DNA of 64,000 nt from an uncultured Alphaproteobacteria bacterium (GCA_934254915.1 CAKQMH010000002.1:85259-149258), one strand, 5' to 3'. Shown: positions 46,341 to 56,897, numbered from the stretch's first letter. Translations and numbers: made by a program. The notes: a model not told the origin generated them from the sequence alone.

Positions 46341-48188
46341 ATGAATAATACTGAATTTGATGTGATTGTTATTGGCGGCGGTCATGCCGGTTGTGAAGCT
46401 TGTGCAGCCGCAGCTCGTGTCGGTGCTAAGACTGCGTTGGTTACACATAAAATTTCGACCATTGGCGAGATGTCATGCAATCCGGCTATAGGTGGTCTTG
46501 GTAAAGGTCACTTGGTGCGCGAAATTGACGCGCTTGACGGTTTAATGGGGCGGGTTATTGATAAAGCCGGTATCCAATTTCGGATGCTTAATTCTTCTAA
46601 AGGCCCTGCTGTTCGTGGTCCGCGCGCTCAGGCTGACCGCGAACTTTATAAACATTATATGCTTGAAGCGTTGCGCCAACAATCCAATCTGACAATCGTT
46701 GAAGCTGCGGTTGAGGGATTAATTTTCGATAATGATAAAATTTCAGGAGTTACTTTAAGTGATGGTGTTCAGCTTCAAGCTAAAGCAGTTGTTTTAACCT
46801 CTGGAACATTTTTAAATGGTATTATGTTTATTGGTCACGAAACCTCAATTGGTGGTCGTGTCAATGATGTCAGTTGCACCGGAATAACACCGTATTTAAA
46901 GTCAAAAGGCTTAAAAGTCGGGCGTTTAAAAACCGGAACACCGGCACGCCTTGATGGTAAAACCATAAACTGGTCGATTTTAGAAACGCAGGATGGCGAT
47001 GCTGAACCGCAGCCTTTTTCCTATTTAACTGACAAAATAACTAATCCTCAAATTAAATGCTATATTACTCATACCAACGAACGTACGCACAAAATTATCC
47101 GCGATAATTTTTCTAAATGTGCGCTTTTTTCCGGTTTGATTACCGGCGTCGGACCGCGTTATTGCCCAAGTATTGAAGATAAATTAGTAAAATTTGCTGA
47201 TCGTACCAGCCACCAAATTTTTCTTGAACCGGAAGGGTTGCATACCGATGTTGTTTATCCGAATGGTATTTCAACTTCACTGCCGGCTGATATCCAGGAA
47301 CAGTTTATTCACACCATGGAAGGATTAGAAAATGTAACTATTTTGCGTCCGGCTTATGCAATTGAATATGACTTTGTCGACCCTCAGGAGCTAAACAATA
47401 GATTGGAATGTAAAAAAGTTTCAGGACTGTTTTTAGCCGGACAGATTAATGGTACAACCGGTTATGAAGAAGCTGCGGCACAAGGACTGCTTGCCGGTGC
47501 TAATGCCGGACTAAAAGCCTTAGGTAAAGACGGATTGGTTATAGACCGTTCCGAAGCTTATATAGGAGTTATGGTTGATGATTTAATCACCAAAGGTGTT
47601 GATGAACCATACCGTATGTTTACCTCACGTTCTGAATATCGTCTGTTTCTGCGTGCGGATAATGCCGATATGCGCCTGACTGCCAAAGGCTACAATTGCG
47701 GTTTGGTCAGTGATAGTCGATACACTGTATTTAAAGCTAAAAAAACTGCTATTGACGCTTTTCGCGAAATTGCTCAAAGCCAAATTATTACTTTGTCGCA
47801 GATTGATTCTTTAGGGCTTAATATCAGTCATGACGGCGGTAAAAAGACTTTATATAATCTTATGTCTTATCATGATGTTTCACGTGAAACCATTTTAAAA
47901 ATCTGTCCGGAAGTATTGCAAATTTTACCTGCGGTATATGAGCAAGTTGAAATCGAGGCGCGTTATTCCGGTTATATAAAACGCCAGCTTGCTGATATTG
48001 AAGTCTTCAAGAAAGATGAAAATCTGCACATTAAGGATGATATTGATTATAGTGAAATTGGCGGCTTGTCGCGTGAAATGGTTACCAAACTTACCAAAGT
48101 CAGACCATCAACTATCGGTGAAGCTTCGCGAATCCCCGGTGTTACTCCGGCTGCTATCACTGCTATACTTGGGCACTTGAAAAAATAG
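46341..48188 (+). CDS. mnmG: tRNA uridine 5-carboxymethylaminomethyl modification enzyme MnmG (GidA)
   Basis: 615 aa. FAD-binding [13 protein letters not shown]. Confidence 0.95.
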   Translation: MNNTEFDVIVIGGGHAGCEACAAAARVGAKTALVTHKISTIGEMSCNPAIGGLGKGHLVREIDALDGLMGRVIDKAGIQFRMLNSSKGPAVRGPRAQADRELYKHYMLEALRQQSNLTIVEAAVEGLIFDNDKISGVTLSDGVQLQAKAVVLTSGTFLNGIMFIGHETSIGGRVNDVSCTGITPYLKSKGLKVGRLKTGTPARLDGKTINWSILETQDGDAEPQPFSYLTDKITNPQIKCYITHTNERTHKIIRDNFSKCALFSGLITGVGPRYCPSIEDKLVKFADRTSHQIFLEPEGLHTDVVYPNGISTSLPADIQEQFIHTMEGLENVTILRPAYAIEYDFVDPQELNNRLECKKVSGLFLAGQINGTTGYEEAAAQGLLAGANAGLKALGKDGLVIDRSEAYIGVMVDDLITKGVDEPYRMFTSRSEYRLFLRADNADMRLTAKGYNCGLVSDSRYTVFKAKKTAIDAFREIAQSQIITLSQIDSLGLNISHDGGKKTLYNLMSYHDVSRETILKICPEVLQILPAVYEQVEIEARYSGYIKRQLADIEVFKKDENLHIKDDIDYSEIGGLSREMVTKLTKVRPSTIGEASRIPGVTPAAITAILGHLKK

Positions 48189-48212
48189 CTTCAGTCCAAA
48201 TCAAAAGCTCTT

Positions 48213-48270
48213 AAATAGATTCAAAAAACGATGTTTAACTCATTGTTTTTCGAATCTATTTATTTTTATC
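48213..48270 (+). terminator. Long imperfect hairpin terminator after mnmG
   Basis: aaatagattcaaaaaacgatg-tttaact-cattgtttttcgaatctattt followed by a T-rich tract. Confidence 0.5.
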
Positions 48271-48336
48271 TAAAATATGTGTTTATAACTTGTTTTTATA
48301 CTTTTAAAATCATCAGAAAAATAATAAAAAATAATT

Positions 48337-48963
48337 ATGAAAAATTTTATGGAAAAATATAATGTTTCACGTGAAACATTTGAGAAACTGAAAACTTATG
48401 AATGTCTGCTTAAAGAGTGGCAAACTAAGTTTAATTTGGTTAGTAACTCAACTTTGGAAAATGCTTGGGAGCGTCATTTTTTGGACTCTGTGCAGTTGTT
48501 CAAATTGATTCCGCAAACCGCTAAAACTCTTATGGATTTCGGGTCTGGTGCGGGTTTTCCTGGTATGGTTATTGCTATAATGGCAAATGCAAAAACACCG
48601 TATTTAAAAGTTTCTTTAGTTGAAAGTACGACCAAAAAGACACTGTATTTAAACGAGGTCAAAAAGCAGGTTGGCGTAGAAGTTGAAATTATCAATGAGC
48701 GGATCGAAAAAATCAAACCACACATTGTTGATGTCATAACCTCGCGAGCCATGACTTCTTTAGATGCGCTGTTACAATATGCCTTGCCGTTTTGCGGTAA
48801 AAAAACCGTATGCATCTTTCCTAAAGGCAAAAAATATGCTGAGGAGCTGCAAGAGGCACAGAAAAAGTGGTGCTTTAACTATCAAATCGTTGACAGTGAA
48901 CAAAGCGATGAAGGAAAAATTTTAGTCATAACCGATTTACGTCCAATTAAAGGAGGAAAATAA
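48337..48963 (+). CDS. rsmG: 16S rRNA (guanine527-N7)-methyltransferase RsmG (GidB)
   Basis: DFGSGAGFPG SAM motif. Conserved position after mnmG. Confidence 0.85.
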   Translation: MKNFMEKYNVSRETFEKLKTYECLLKEWQTKFNLVSNSTLENAWERHFLDSVQLFKLIPQTAKTLMDFGSGAGFPGMVIAIMANAKTPYLKVSLVESTTKKTLYLNEVKKQVGVEVEIINERIEKIKPHIVDVITSRAMTSLDALLQYALPFCGKKTVCIFPKGKKYAEELQEAQKKWCFNYQIVDSEQSDEGKILVITDLRPIKGGK

Positions 48964-49743
48964 ATGCCAAGAGTATTTGCTATTGCCAACAGGAAAGGCG
49001 GCGTAGGAAAAACCACCACCACCGTAAACGTTGCCACAGCCATGGCGGCTGCCGGTAAAAAAGTTTTGGTTGTTGATATGGATCCGCAGGGTAATGCATC
49101 AACATCAATGGGCGTAAATAAAAAAGGCCGCATGGTTTCTTCTTATGAGGTTTTGATTGGTGAAAACCGTCTAAGCGAAGCAATCGTCTGGACTGAAATC
49201 CCTAATTTCTCGCTTGTTCCTGCCTCTCCGGATTTAGCCGGAGCGGAGATAGAATTGGTTGATATGCCAAATCGCGAATTTGCCTTAAAAAATGCCTTAG
49301 CTAAAGATGCTATTAATTATGACTATATTTTGATTGACTGTCCGCCGTCATTAAGCCTCGTGACCATAAATGCTCTTGTAGCGGCTGATGCCGTAATCGT
49401 GCCGTTGCAGTGTGAATTTTTGGCACTGGAAGGAATTACTGATTTAATTCGTAACATCAATCAAATTAAAAAGAAATTTAATCCTAAACTTACTTTGCAC
49501 GGCGTAGTCTTAACTATGTACGACAAGCGCAATAATTTGACCCAAATGGTTGAAGATGACGTTCGTCAGTTTTTCGGTAAAAAAGTTTATGATACGGTTA
49601 TTCCGCGTAATGTTCGCATTTCGGAAGCTCCGTCGCATGGTAAACCGGTTTTGATTTATGATTTTAAGAGTTCCGGTGCTCAGGCTTATATCAGTCTGAC
49701 TGGTGAAGTCTTGAAGAGAGAAAAGGAATTGATAGCATGTTAG
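48964..49743 (+). CDS. parA: Chromosome partitioning ATPase ParA
   Basis: KGGVGKTTT deviant Walker A. Confidence 0.9.
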   Translation: MPRVFAIANRKGGVGKTTTTVNVATAMAAAGKKVLVVDMDPQGNASTSMGVNKKGRMVSSYEVLIGENRLSEAIVWTEIPNFSLVPASPDLAGAEIELVDMPNREFALKNALAKDAINYDYILIDCPPSLSLVTINALVAADAVIVPLQCEFLALEGITDLIRNINQIKKKFNPKLTLHGVVLTMYDKRNNLTQMVEDDVRQFFGKKVYDTVIPRNVRISEAPSHGKPVLIYDFKSSGAQAYISLTGEVLKREKELIAC

Positions 49744-50765
49744 TGGATAATGAAATTGAGGAATTGTTGAACGATAACCCGACAAGTGAAAACTCTCACC
49801 ATAATAATTCGCATAAACGCAAAAGCTTGGGCCGCGGTCTTGGTGCTCTGTTAGGGGATGATGATTTTTCTTTAGAAGACAATTTGGAAAATGTAAATCC
49901 GACAGCACCTCATAGTACGGACAGTATAAGCATTACCCAAATTCATCCCGGTAAATATCAGCCGCGTACCGAATTTGACAAAGAGGCTTTGCAATCATTA
50001 GCCAATTCAATCAAAGAAAAAGGCGTATTACAGCCTTTATTGGTCAGAAAAGTTGCTAACGGTTATGAGTTAATTGCCGGAGAGCGCCGCTGGCGTGCGT
50101 CGCAGATTGCCGGTTTAACGGAAGTTCCTGTAATAATTAAGGACTTTAACGACGAGGAAGCCTTAGAAGTTGCCCTGGTCGAAAACTTGCTGCGTGAAAA
50201 TTTATCCGCTATTGAAGAGGCTGAAGGTTTTCAGCGTTTGATTGATGAGTTCTCACATACGCAGGATGCTTTAGCCCAAATTATCGGTAAGTCACGCAGC
50301 CACATCGCCAATACCTTGCGTTTGCTGAATTTGCCGCAATCCGTTCAAGAAATGATAAAGGAAAATAAATTGACAGCCGGCCATGCCCGTGCTTTAGTCG
50401 GGTTAGCTAATGCCGAAGAACTGGCTAAACAGATTGTTGCCAAAGATTTAAGCGTGCGTCAGGTGGAAGAACTTGTTGCTAAGCAAAAAGAACCTAAAAA
50501 AGAAAAAACGCCGGCCGCTAAAGACGAAGACATTGAAGAAATCGAAAAAGATTTGATTAAGAAATTGGGTCTGCGCTTAAAAATAACCCCCAACAAACAG
50601 GGCGGCGGCAAAGTTGTGTTGCAATATGCTTCGGTTGCCGAGCTCGATATGATTATAAATATGTTGGAACAAAAACCGGAAAATAATAATGTAGTTGAGA
50701 ACACTGTATTTAAACCGGCAGAAACGCCTTCAAACGATAAATTTTCAATTAAAATTGTAGATTAA
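49737..50765 (+). CDS. parB: Chromosome partitioning protein ParB
   Basis: GERRWRA ParB box and HTH. Confidence 0.9.
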   Translation: MLVDNEIEELLNDNPTSENSHHNNSHKRKSLGRGLGALLGDDDFSLEDNLENVNPTAPHSTDSISITQIHPGKYQPRTEFDKEALQSLANSIKEKGVLQPLLVRKVANGYELIAGERRWRASQIAGLTEVPVIIKDFNDEEALEVALVENLLRENLSAIEEAEGFQRLIDEFSHTQDALAQIIGKSRSHIANTLRLLNLPQSVQEMIKENKLTAGHARALVGLANAEELAKQIVAKDLSVRQVEELVAKQKEPKKEKTPAAKDEDIEEIEKDLIKKLGLRLKITPNKQGGGKVVLQYASVAELDMIINMLEQKPENNNVVENTVFKPAETPSNDKFSIKIVD

Positions 50766-50777
50766 GGAAACCAAAAA

Positions 50778-51017
50778 ATGACTATTTTAGAACAAATGTT
50801 GGAAAGATGCTCCAAAGCAGGTTATACCACCACCAAAAACGTTGAAAAAATTGCCAATGCCAAAAAAATGATGTTTGGTGAAAGCGAATGGCAGCGTTGC
50901 CCATGTGACGGACAAAATCCCGCGCGTTATTGTATTTCTGAAACCTGCCGCGCCGATATTGAGCGCGATGGTGAATGCCATTGCCATTGCTATTGCAAAA
51001 AGCAAGCCGCTGAATAG
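50778..51017 (+). CDS. Small Cys-rich protein with CPC...CHCHC motifs (ferredoxin-thioredoxin-reductase catalytic-subunit-like)
   Basis: 79 aa. ...CPCDGQNPARYCISETCRADIERDGECHCHCYC. Confidence 0.35.
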   Translation: MTILEQMLERCSKAGYTTTKNVEKIANAKKMMFGESEWQRCPCDGQNPARYCISETCRADIERDGECHCHCYCKKQAAE

Positions 51018-51035
51018 CCGCTGATATAATTTACT

Positions 51036-51068
51036 TGAGGGCAGATTTATTTCTGCCCTTTATTTTTG
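51036..51068 (+). terminator. Rho-independent terminator
   Basis: gggcaga-tttatt-tctgccc followed by tttattttt. Confidence 0.6.
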
Positions 51069-51167
51069 CTAACGATATTTTTACCAAAAAGCGCTAGCTT
51101 AAAAACAACTTGCAAAAACTGATAACTCGGCTTAAATTTAAATAAATCCAACGTTTAGGAATCCACC

Positions 51168-52169
51168 ATGTTGTTTTTGAAGAAATTTTTATTGGCTTTC
51201 GGCGCTATGTTCCTGATTTTTGCCGGTGGTGCGGGAACACAAACCCATAGCACAATCCTGCAGGGCGGCGGCTTTTTAGGTTTAATTATCGGCTTGGTAA
51301 TTCTTTACATTTTTGCCAAAATGGCATGGCGCGCTATGGGATGTCTGCCGTCAATACTGGCAATTTTAGTGATTATTCTGTTTATTTTATATGCTATCGG
51401 CGCTTTTAGCGGTGGTATCGGCAATGTTGGTCGTAATCTGAAATCATTTATGGGGCAGGGATCGGCTAGCGGACGAATGGTTCAAGCTACTGCGCACCAA
51501 AACAGCATAAATTTATTTGATGATGAAGATCTTGACATCGGTATCGGTGAATCTTTTCCGACAGTAGAAAATCAACCGGTTGAAGAACAACAGCCGGAAA
51601 CTCCTGAACCACAGGCCGGATGGTTAGACAAATTGCTGGGTTCCGGCAAATCTGAAAAAAAAGCAGCCCCAAATTTTAATAATTTACCGGTTATTTATGG
51701 AGCGGCAGAGGTCGTAAGTGGTGATACTTTGCGTTTTGAGGGGCGCAATTTTCGTTTATTCGGTATTGATGCTCCTGAACTTAATCAGGCTTGTGCCGAC
51801 TATAACGGACGTTCATACAGTTGCGGACGTCAGGCTGCGGCATGGCTTAACAGTTGGTTGCAGGATAATCCGTTGGAATGTCGGGTTATGCAGCAGGATG
51901 CTAAAGGCAATATGATCGGCACTTGTTCTCTTGGCGCATACGATATCGGTGCCGCATTGGTGAACGCCGGTTGGGCAGTTGTTTATACCAAGCATACCGA
52001 TATTTATATTCCCTATCAGCAGCAGGCAGAGGCTAACGGCCGCGGTCTATGGCAAGGTGAGTTTTATATGCCTTGGGATTGGCGTAAAATTCAGGCGCGT
52101 AAACCTAATATTAAAATCATCAAACAAAAGCCTAAACGCCGCCGCACCATTTTGAATCCTATGGGTTAA
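51168..52169 (+). CDS. Membrane-anchored SNase-like (thermonuclease family) nuclease
   Basis: 333 aa. Three N-terminal TM helices, an acidic linker and an SNase domain (VVSGDTLRFEGRNFRLFGIDAPE...). Confidence 0.6.
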   Translation: MLFLKKFLLAFGAMFLIFAGGAGTQTHSTILQGGGFLGLIIGLVILYIFAKMAWRAMGCLPSILAILVIILFILYAIGAFSGGIGNVGRNLKSFMGQGSASGRMVQATAHQNSINLFDDEDLDIGIGESFPTVENQPVEEQQPETPEPQAGWLDKLLGSGKSEKKAAPNFNNLPVIYGAAEVVSGDTLRFEGRNFRLFGIDAPELNQACADYNGRSYSCGRQAAAWLNSWLQDNPLECRVMQQDAKGNMIGTCSLGAYDIGAALVNAGWAVVYTKHTDIYIPYQQQAEANGRGLWQGEFYMPWDWRKIQARKPNIKIIKQKPKRRRTILNPMG

Positions 52170-52174
52170 TCAGT

Positions 52175-52630
52175 ATGTTTAGTAAAGTTTTTAATCTTCC
52201 TGATGAAAAATCGACCATTGATTTGGGGCGCAAGCTTGCCCACATGGCTAAAACCCGCGACACATTTGCTTTGTATGGCACTTTAGGTATGGGTAAAAGC
52301 GTCTTATCCCGTGCGTTTATTCAGGAACTTACGGCGGTTAAAGAAGTTCCAAGCCCTACATTCACATTGGTGCAGAGTTATGATGCACCGGATTTCACAA
52401 TCTATCACTTTGATTTGTATCGTCTTAAAAATGCCGATGAGATTTTTGAAATCGGGGTGGAGGAGGCTTTGTACAGCGGCGTCAGCCTGATTGAATGGCC
52501 GGAACGAATGCAGCCTTATTTACCGCGTGACATTTTCCAAATAAACATTGAGCCTGACGGGGCAGGGCGAAAATTAACCATTACAACAACATCTTTAGAA
52601 AAACAACAACGCTTGGAGCAATTAAAATGA
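52175..52630 (+). CDS. tsaE: tRNA threonylcarbamoyladenosine biosynthesis ATPase TsaE
   Basis: LYGTLGMGKSVLSRA P-loop. Confidence 0.8.
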   Translation: MFSKVFNLPDEKSTIDLGRKLAHMAKTRDTFALYGTLGMGKSVLSRAFIQELTAVKEVPSPTFTLVQSYDAPDFTIYHFDLYRLKNADEIFEIGVEEALYSGVSLIEWPERMQPYLPRDIFQINIEPDGAGRKLTITTTSLEKQQRLEQLK

Positions 52631-53052
52631 GTACCAATATTCATGCCAGCTGTGTCAAATATTCCGATTACGGAATAATATTTGTCGGCAAATCAGGGGT
52701 TGGCAAATCAGATATGTGTTTACGTTTTATTCTTGAGCATCAGGCTCAACTGGTTTCTGATGACCGTACGAATATTCGTTATGAAAGCGGCTATTTGGTT
52801 GCTTCAGCGCCGCAAAACCTGCAGGGACTGCTTGAGGTAAGAGGGCTTGGTATCAAACGTGTTCCATCGATTGCCAAACAGAGGCTGCATTTGGTCGTTG
52901 AACTGGTTAAAAAATCATCTTTGGTCGAACGTATGCCTCAGCCCGAATTTTGGAATATAGACGGAGTTAAAGTTCCTTACATCAGATTATGTGCTTTTGA
53001 GGCTTCCGCTCCTGATAAGGTTATTGCCGCTCTTAAATGGCATACATACTAA
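52627..53052 (+). CDS. hprK: HPr kinase/phosphorylase C-terminal-domain-only homologue (short alphaproteobacterial form)
   Basis: 141 aa. GKSGVGKSDMCLRF P-loop. ATGA overlap with tsaE. Confidence 0.65.
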   Translation: MSTNIHASCVKYSDYGIIFVGKSGVGKSDMCLRFILEHQAQLVSDDRTNIRYESGYLVASAPQNLQGLLEVRGLGIKRVPSIAKQRLHLVVELVKKSSLVERMPQPEFWNIDGVKVPYIRLCAFEASAPDKVIAALKWHTY

Positions 53053-53140
53053 ACTGTGCGGATTTAGGGCAACAAGGTTGATTCTTTTATCATGAGAATA
53101 TAAAATACAACAAATTATTTATAAACTGGAGAAAATATTA

Positions 53141-53932
53141 ATGTTGTTATCCAAGATAGAAACATTTTTGCGTCGGCAAGGCAAACCGCTGGTTGCTTTT
53201 ATTTCGCGTTTGGGCGAGTTATCAATCTTTGTTGCTCAGTCTTTATACAACTGCATTACCCCGCCTTTCTACGGACGAAATTTGCTGCGTCAGGTTGTCG
53301 ATATGGGCTTTTATTCTTTGCCGGTAGTCGGATTGACCACAATCTTTGCCGGTATGGTAATTGCTTTGCAAAGTTATTCCGGATTTATGCGGTTTGGCGC
53401 TGAAGGAGCGGTTGCTTCCGTTGTTTTGATTTCCGTAACCCGCGAGCTTGCGCCGGTGTTGTCTGCCTTAATGGTTGCCGGTCGTATTGGTGCTGCTATG
53501 GCGGCTGAAATCGGAACTATGCGCGTTACCGAACAAATTGACGCTTTGACAACCTTGTCTACCAACCCGTTTAAATATCTGGTAACACCACGCATTTTAG
53601 CCGGCTTGATTGTTATGCCACTTTTAGTCTTGTTTGGTGATATAATCGGTATTTTCGGCGGTTATGTTGTCGGGGTTTACAAACTTGGTTTTAACCCTGC
53701 CAACTACATAAATTCAACTTTGCAAAATCTCCAAAGTATAGATATTACCACCGGTTTGGTTAAAGCGGCCGTTTTTGGTTTTATCATCTCGTTAATGGGC
53801 TGCTATAACGGTTACAAATCTCGCGGCGGCGCTCAAGGCGTTGGTAACGCTACCACCAATGCGGTTGTTTCGGCATCAATTTTGATTCTGATTTTCAACT
53901 ATGTCATTACCGAACTTTTCTTTTCAAAATAG
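53141..53932 (+). CDS. mlaE: MlaE-type ABC transporter permease
   Basis: 263 aa, multi-TM. Paired with the downstream ATPase. Confidence 0.8.
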   Translation: MLLSKIETFLRRQGKPLVAFISRLGELSIFVAQSLYNCITPPFYGRNLLRQVVDMGFYSLPVVGLTTIFAGMVIALQSYSGFMRFGAEGAVASVVLISVTRELAPVLSALMVAGRIGAAMAAEIGTMRVTEQIDALTTLSTNPFKYLVTPRILAGLIVMPLLVLFGDIIGIFGGYVVGVYKLGFNPANYINSTLQNLQSIDITTGLVKAAVFGFIISLMGCYNGYKSRGGAQGVGNATTNAVVSASILILIFNYVITELFFSK

Positions 53933-53950
53933 TTTAGCGGAGAATGGAAA

Positions 53951-54715
53951 ATGAGTGAAACCAAAATTAAAATAACCAATCTTCACAAAGCTTTTGGCAA
54001 GAAAGTTGTTCTGGACGGCGTTGATTTGGATATTGCCAAAGGCGAGTCTTTAGTCGTTATCGGTGGTTCGGGTACCGGTAAATCGGTGCTGATCAAATGT
54101 ATTCAGGGTTTATTGACGCCCGATGACGGTTCAATTCTGGTTGATGAAGAAGAAGTTGTCGGCCTTGATGAGCAGGAAAAAGAAGCCCTGCATTCCAAAA
54201 TGGGAATGTTATTCCAGGGCGGAGCTTTGTTTGACAGCTTAAGCGTTTGGGAAAACGTGGCTTTTGACCTGTTGGAAAATAAAAAAATGAATAAAAAGCA
54301 GGCTAAAACCGAGGCTATTAGAGTTTTGCGGCAAGTCGGACTTGCTCCCGACGTGGCCGATTTATCACCATCAGAACTTTCCGGCGGTATGCAAAAACGT
54401 GTCGGTCTGGCTCGCGCCATTGCTTCGCGTCCGGAAATAATTTTCTTTGATGAACCGACAACCGGTCTTGATCCGATTATGGCGGATGTTATTAATGATT
54501 TGATTATTGAATCGGTAAAAGGTTTGGGTGCAACCGCACTGACAATTACCCATGACATGGCTTCCGCGCGCAAAATCGCTGACCGTATAGCCATGCTCTA
54601 TCATGGTAAAATCATCTGGCAGGGTACGGTTAAAGAAATGGATAAAACCGATAATGCCTATGTTCAGCAGTTTATTAACGGTTGTTCGCAAGGTCCGATA
54701 AAAGTGGAGGTCTAA
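53951..54715 (+). CDS. mlaF: MlaF-type ABC transporter ATP-binding protein
   Basis: Walker A GGSGTGKS, signature LSGGMQKRV, Walker B IIFFDEP. Confidence 0.8.
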   Translation: MSETKIKITNLHKAFGKKVVLDGVDLDIAKGESLVVIGGSGTGKSVLIKCIQGLLTPDDGSILVDEEEVVGLDEQEKEALHSKMGMLFQGGALFDSLSVWENVAFDLLENKKMNKKQAKTEAIRVLRQVGLAPDVADLSPSELSGGMQKRVGLARAIASRPEIIFFDEPTTGLDPIMADVINDLIIESVKGLGATALTITHDMASARKIADRIAMLYHGKIIWQGTVKEMDKTDNAYVQQFINGCSQGPIKVEV

Positions 54716-54716
54716 T

Positions 54717-56087
54717 TTGGCAAAAAAAGAAAAACAATATGTGTGCCAGAACTGTGGTTCGGTTTATCCCAAATGGCAGGGAAAATGTGATGCCTGCGGT
54801 GAATGGAACACGATTGTTGAAGAAATCATCGGCGGCGAGGGGTTTTCTAACCTCAGCCCCAAACGTGCCAAAGGCCGAATGATTGACTTTGTTCCGCTCA
54901 GTGGCGCTGAACAGCACTTAAGTCGTCTTTCTACCGGCAATAAAGAGCTTGACCGCGTTTGCGGCGGCGGCTTGGTTTCCGGTTCGGTAATCCTGGTCGG
55001 CGGTGATCCCGGCATCGGCAAATCAACTTTGCTTTTGCAGGCCTGCGCTAAGGTTGCTGATTTACCTGCTCATCCTGAAGTATATTACATCTCCGGTGAA
55101 GAGGCGATAGATCAGGTACGGATTCGTGCCAAACGTCTTCAACTTGATCAGTCGCCGGTTAAACTGGCCAGCTGCACCGACATTAAAGATATTATTGCCA
55201 CGCTTGAAAAATCTAACGCCACGGTTGTGGTTATCGATTCGATTCAGACCATGTATTTGGAAGAAGTAGAATCAACTCCCGGCAGCGTTGCACAGGTTCG
55301 CGCTTGCAGTTATGAACTTATTAAGCTGGCTAAGCGCAAAGGTTTTACCTTGTTTTTGGTCGGACACGTTACCAAACAAGGGGCTATCGCCGGTCCGCGG
55401 GTTTTAGAACATATGGTTGATACCGTTTTGTATTTTGAAGGCGAGCGCGGACATCATTTCCGTATTTTACGTGCGGTTAAAAACCGCTACGGCGCTACCG
55501 ATGAAATCGGTGTTTTCGAAATGCAGGATCAAGGTTTGGTTGAGGTTGAAAACCCATCAGCTTTGTTTTTGGCTGAACGTCAGGGTAATATCTCCGGTTC
55601 ATGCGTGTTTGCCGGTATTGAAGGTTCAAGACCGGTTTTGGTCGAGATTCAGGCTTTGGTCAGTCCGACCAGCTACGCCAGCCCCAAACGCGCCGTTGTC
55701 GGCTGGGACAGCAATCGTTTATCAATGATTTTAGCCGTGCTTGAGGCTCGCTGCGGCATGAATTTAAGCTCTCAGGATGTTTATTTAAATATAGCCGGCG
55801 GCTTGCGTATTTCTGAACCGGCGGCTGATTTGGCCGTAGCCATGGCGGTTATTTCCTCAATGACTAATAAGCCTTTGCCTGCTGATATGGTGATTTTTGG
55901 TGAAATCGGTTTGTCGGGTGAAATTCGCGCCGTCAGCCAACCGAGTTTGCGCCTGAAAGAGGCTTGCAAATTAGGGTTTGCCAGTGCCATCACCCCGCCG
56001 ACGCATAATAAAGAAAAGAAAACGAACGTTAATATGAATCTTTTTGAAATTGGCAACGTTCATCGTTTAATCAATTGGTTTAATTAA
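54717..56087 (+). CDS. radA: DNA repair protein RadA (Sms)
   Basis: TTG start. Zinc ribbon CQNCGSVYPKWQGKCDACGEWNT, Walker A GDPGIGKSTLLLQ, KNRYG and a Lon-like C-terminus. Confidence 0.9.
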   Translation: MAKKEKQYVCQNCGSVYPKWQGKCDACGEWNTIVEEIIGGEGFSNLSPKRAKGRMIDFVPLSGAEQHLSRLSTGNKELDRVCGGGLVSGSVILVGGDPGIGKSTLLLQACAKVADLPAHPEVYYISGEEAIDQVRIRAKRLQLDQSPVKLASCTDIKDIIATLEKSNATVVVIDSIQTMYLEEVESTPGSVAQVRACSYELIKLAKRKGFTLFLVGHVTKQGAIAGPRVLEHMVDTVLYFEGERGHHFRILRAVKNRYGATDEIGVFEMQDQGLVEVENPSALFLAERQGNISGSCVFAGIEGSRPVLVEIQALVSPTSYASPKRAVVGWDSNRLSMILAVLEARCGMNLSSQDVYLNIAGGLRISEPAADLAVAMAVISSMTNKPLPADMVIFGEIGLSGEIRAVSQPSLRLKEACKLGFASAITPPTHNKEKKTNVNMNLFEIGNVHRLINWFN

Positions 56088-56098
56088 GGAACAGCGAT

Positions 56099-56821
56099 AT
56101 GCAGCATTTAAATAATTTTGATGTGATAATTTTAATAATTGTCGGTATTTCCGCCTTAATAGCCTTAAGCCGCGGTTTGGTCAAAGAAGTGCTGTCAATT
56201 ATCGGCTGGGTGCTAGGTACGGTAGCGATTATTTATTTACTGCCGGTTTTAACCCCGTTTGCCAAGTTATACATTGAAAGCGGCTGGCTGGCCGGTGTTG
56301 TTACTTCGCTATTTATTTTAATTCTGTTTTTGGTTTTTTGGATTTTGACTACCGGTAAAATTGTCGGCAAAATCCGCAGCAGCAAACTCAGTAACGTTGA
56401 TCGTATCCTTGGTTTGTTTTTTGGTATAGCCCGTGCCTTTTTGCTGATTATATTATTTTACATTCTGGTTAGTTGGGTTATTCCGGTTGACAAACAGTCT
56501 GATGTTTTGCGTGAGTCCAAGTATTTCCAAATTGCCGGCAGCTTTGCTCAGCCGATTGAGGATCTTATCCCCGAAAGCACTCTGCAGCTGATTCGCGAAA
56601 AAACTAAACAGGCCGGTGAAAAAGTCGATGCTGAGGAAGATAAAGAAGACGAGAGGTCGGTTGACAAGAGTGATGCCGATGAACTCTTTGAAAAACTGAC
56701 TCAGCCGCAAATTAAAAAAGCCGTAAAAAATAAAACCGATAAAATCAAAGAAAATTTTGACGGCTATAAAGCCAGCGAGCGTGACAATCTTGACCGCCTG
56801 ATTGAAAACACTCTTGAATAA
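56099..56821 (+). CDS. cvpA: CvpA family membrane protein
   Basis: 240 aa. Multi-TM N-terminal half plus an acidic tail. Conserved radA neighbour. Confidence 0.7.
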   Translation: MQHLNNFDVIILIIVGISALIALSRGLVKEVLSIIGWVLGTVAIIYLLPVLTPFAKLYIESGWLAGVVTSLFILILFLVFWILTTGKIVGKIRSSKLSNVDRILGLFFGIARAFLLIILFYILVSWVIPVDKQSDVLRESKYFQIAGSFAQPIEDLIPESTLQLIREKTKQAGEKVDAEEDKEDERSVDKSDADELFEKLTQPQIKKAVKNKTDKIKENFDGYKASERDNLDRLIENTLE

Positions 56822-56856
56822 GCCGTTTTTTTAGTCGCATTTAATAGAATAAAAAT

Positions 56857-56897
56857 AAACCCTGTTTTTTCGCCCGTACAGCGTTAAAACAGGGTTT
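56857..56897. terminator. Bidirectional intrinsic terminator (cvpA + / recR -)
   Basis: aaaccctgtttt...aaaacagggttt. Confidence 0.6.

Noticed and set aside
54103-54594. 163-aa minus-strand ORF inside mlaF, plus similar antisense ORFs inside miaB (8401-8850), ybeZ (10108-10470), rho (43622-44047), mnmE (45483-45716) and the T4CP gene (32715-33152)
   Set aside because: These are antisense shadow ORFs fully embedded in well-supported conserved genes. Each lacks an RBS and recognisable features.
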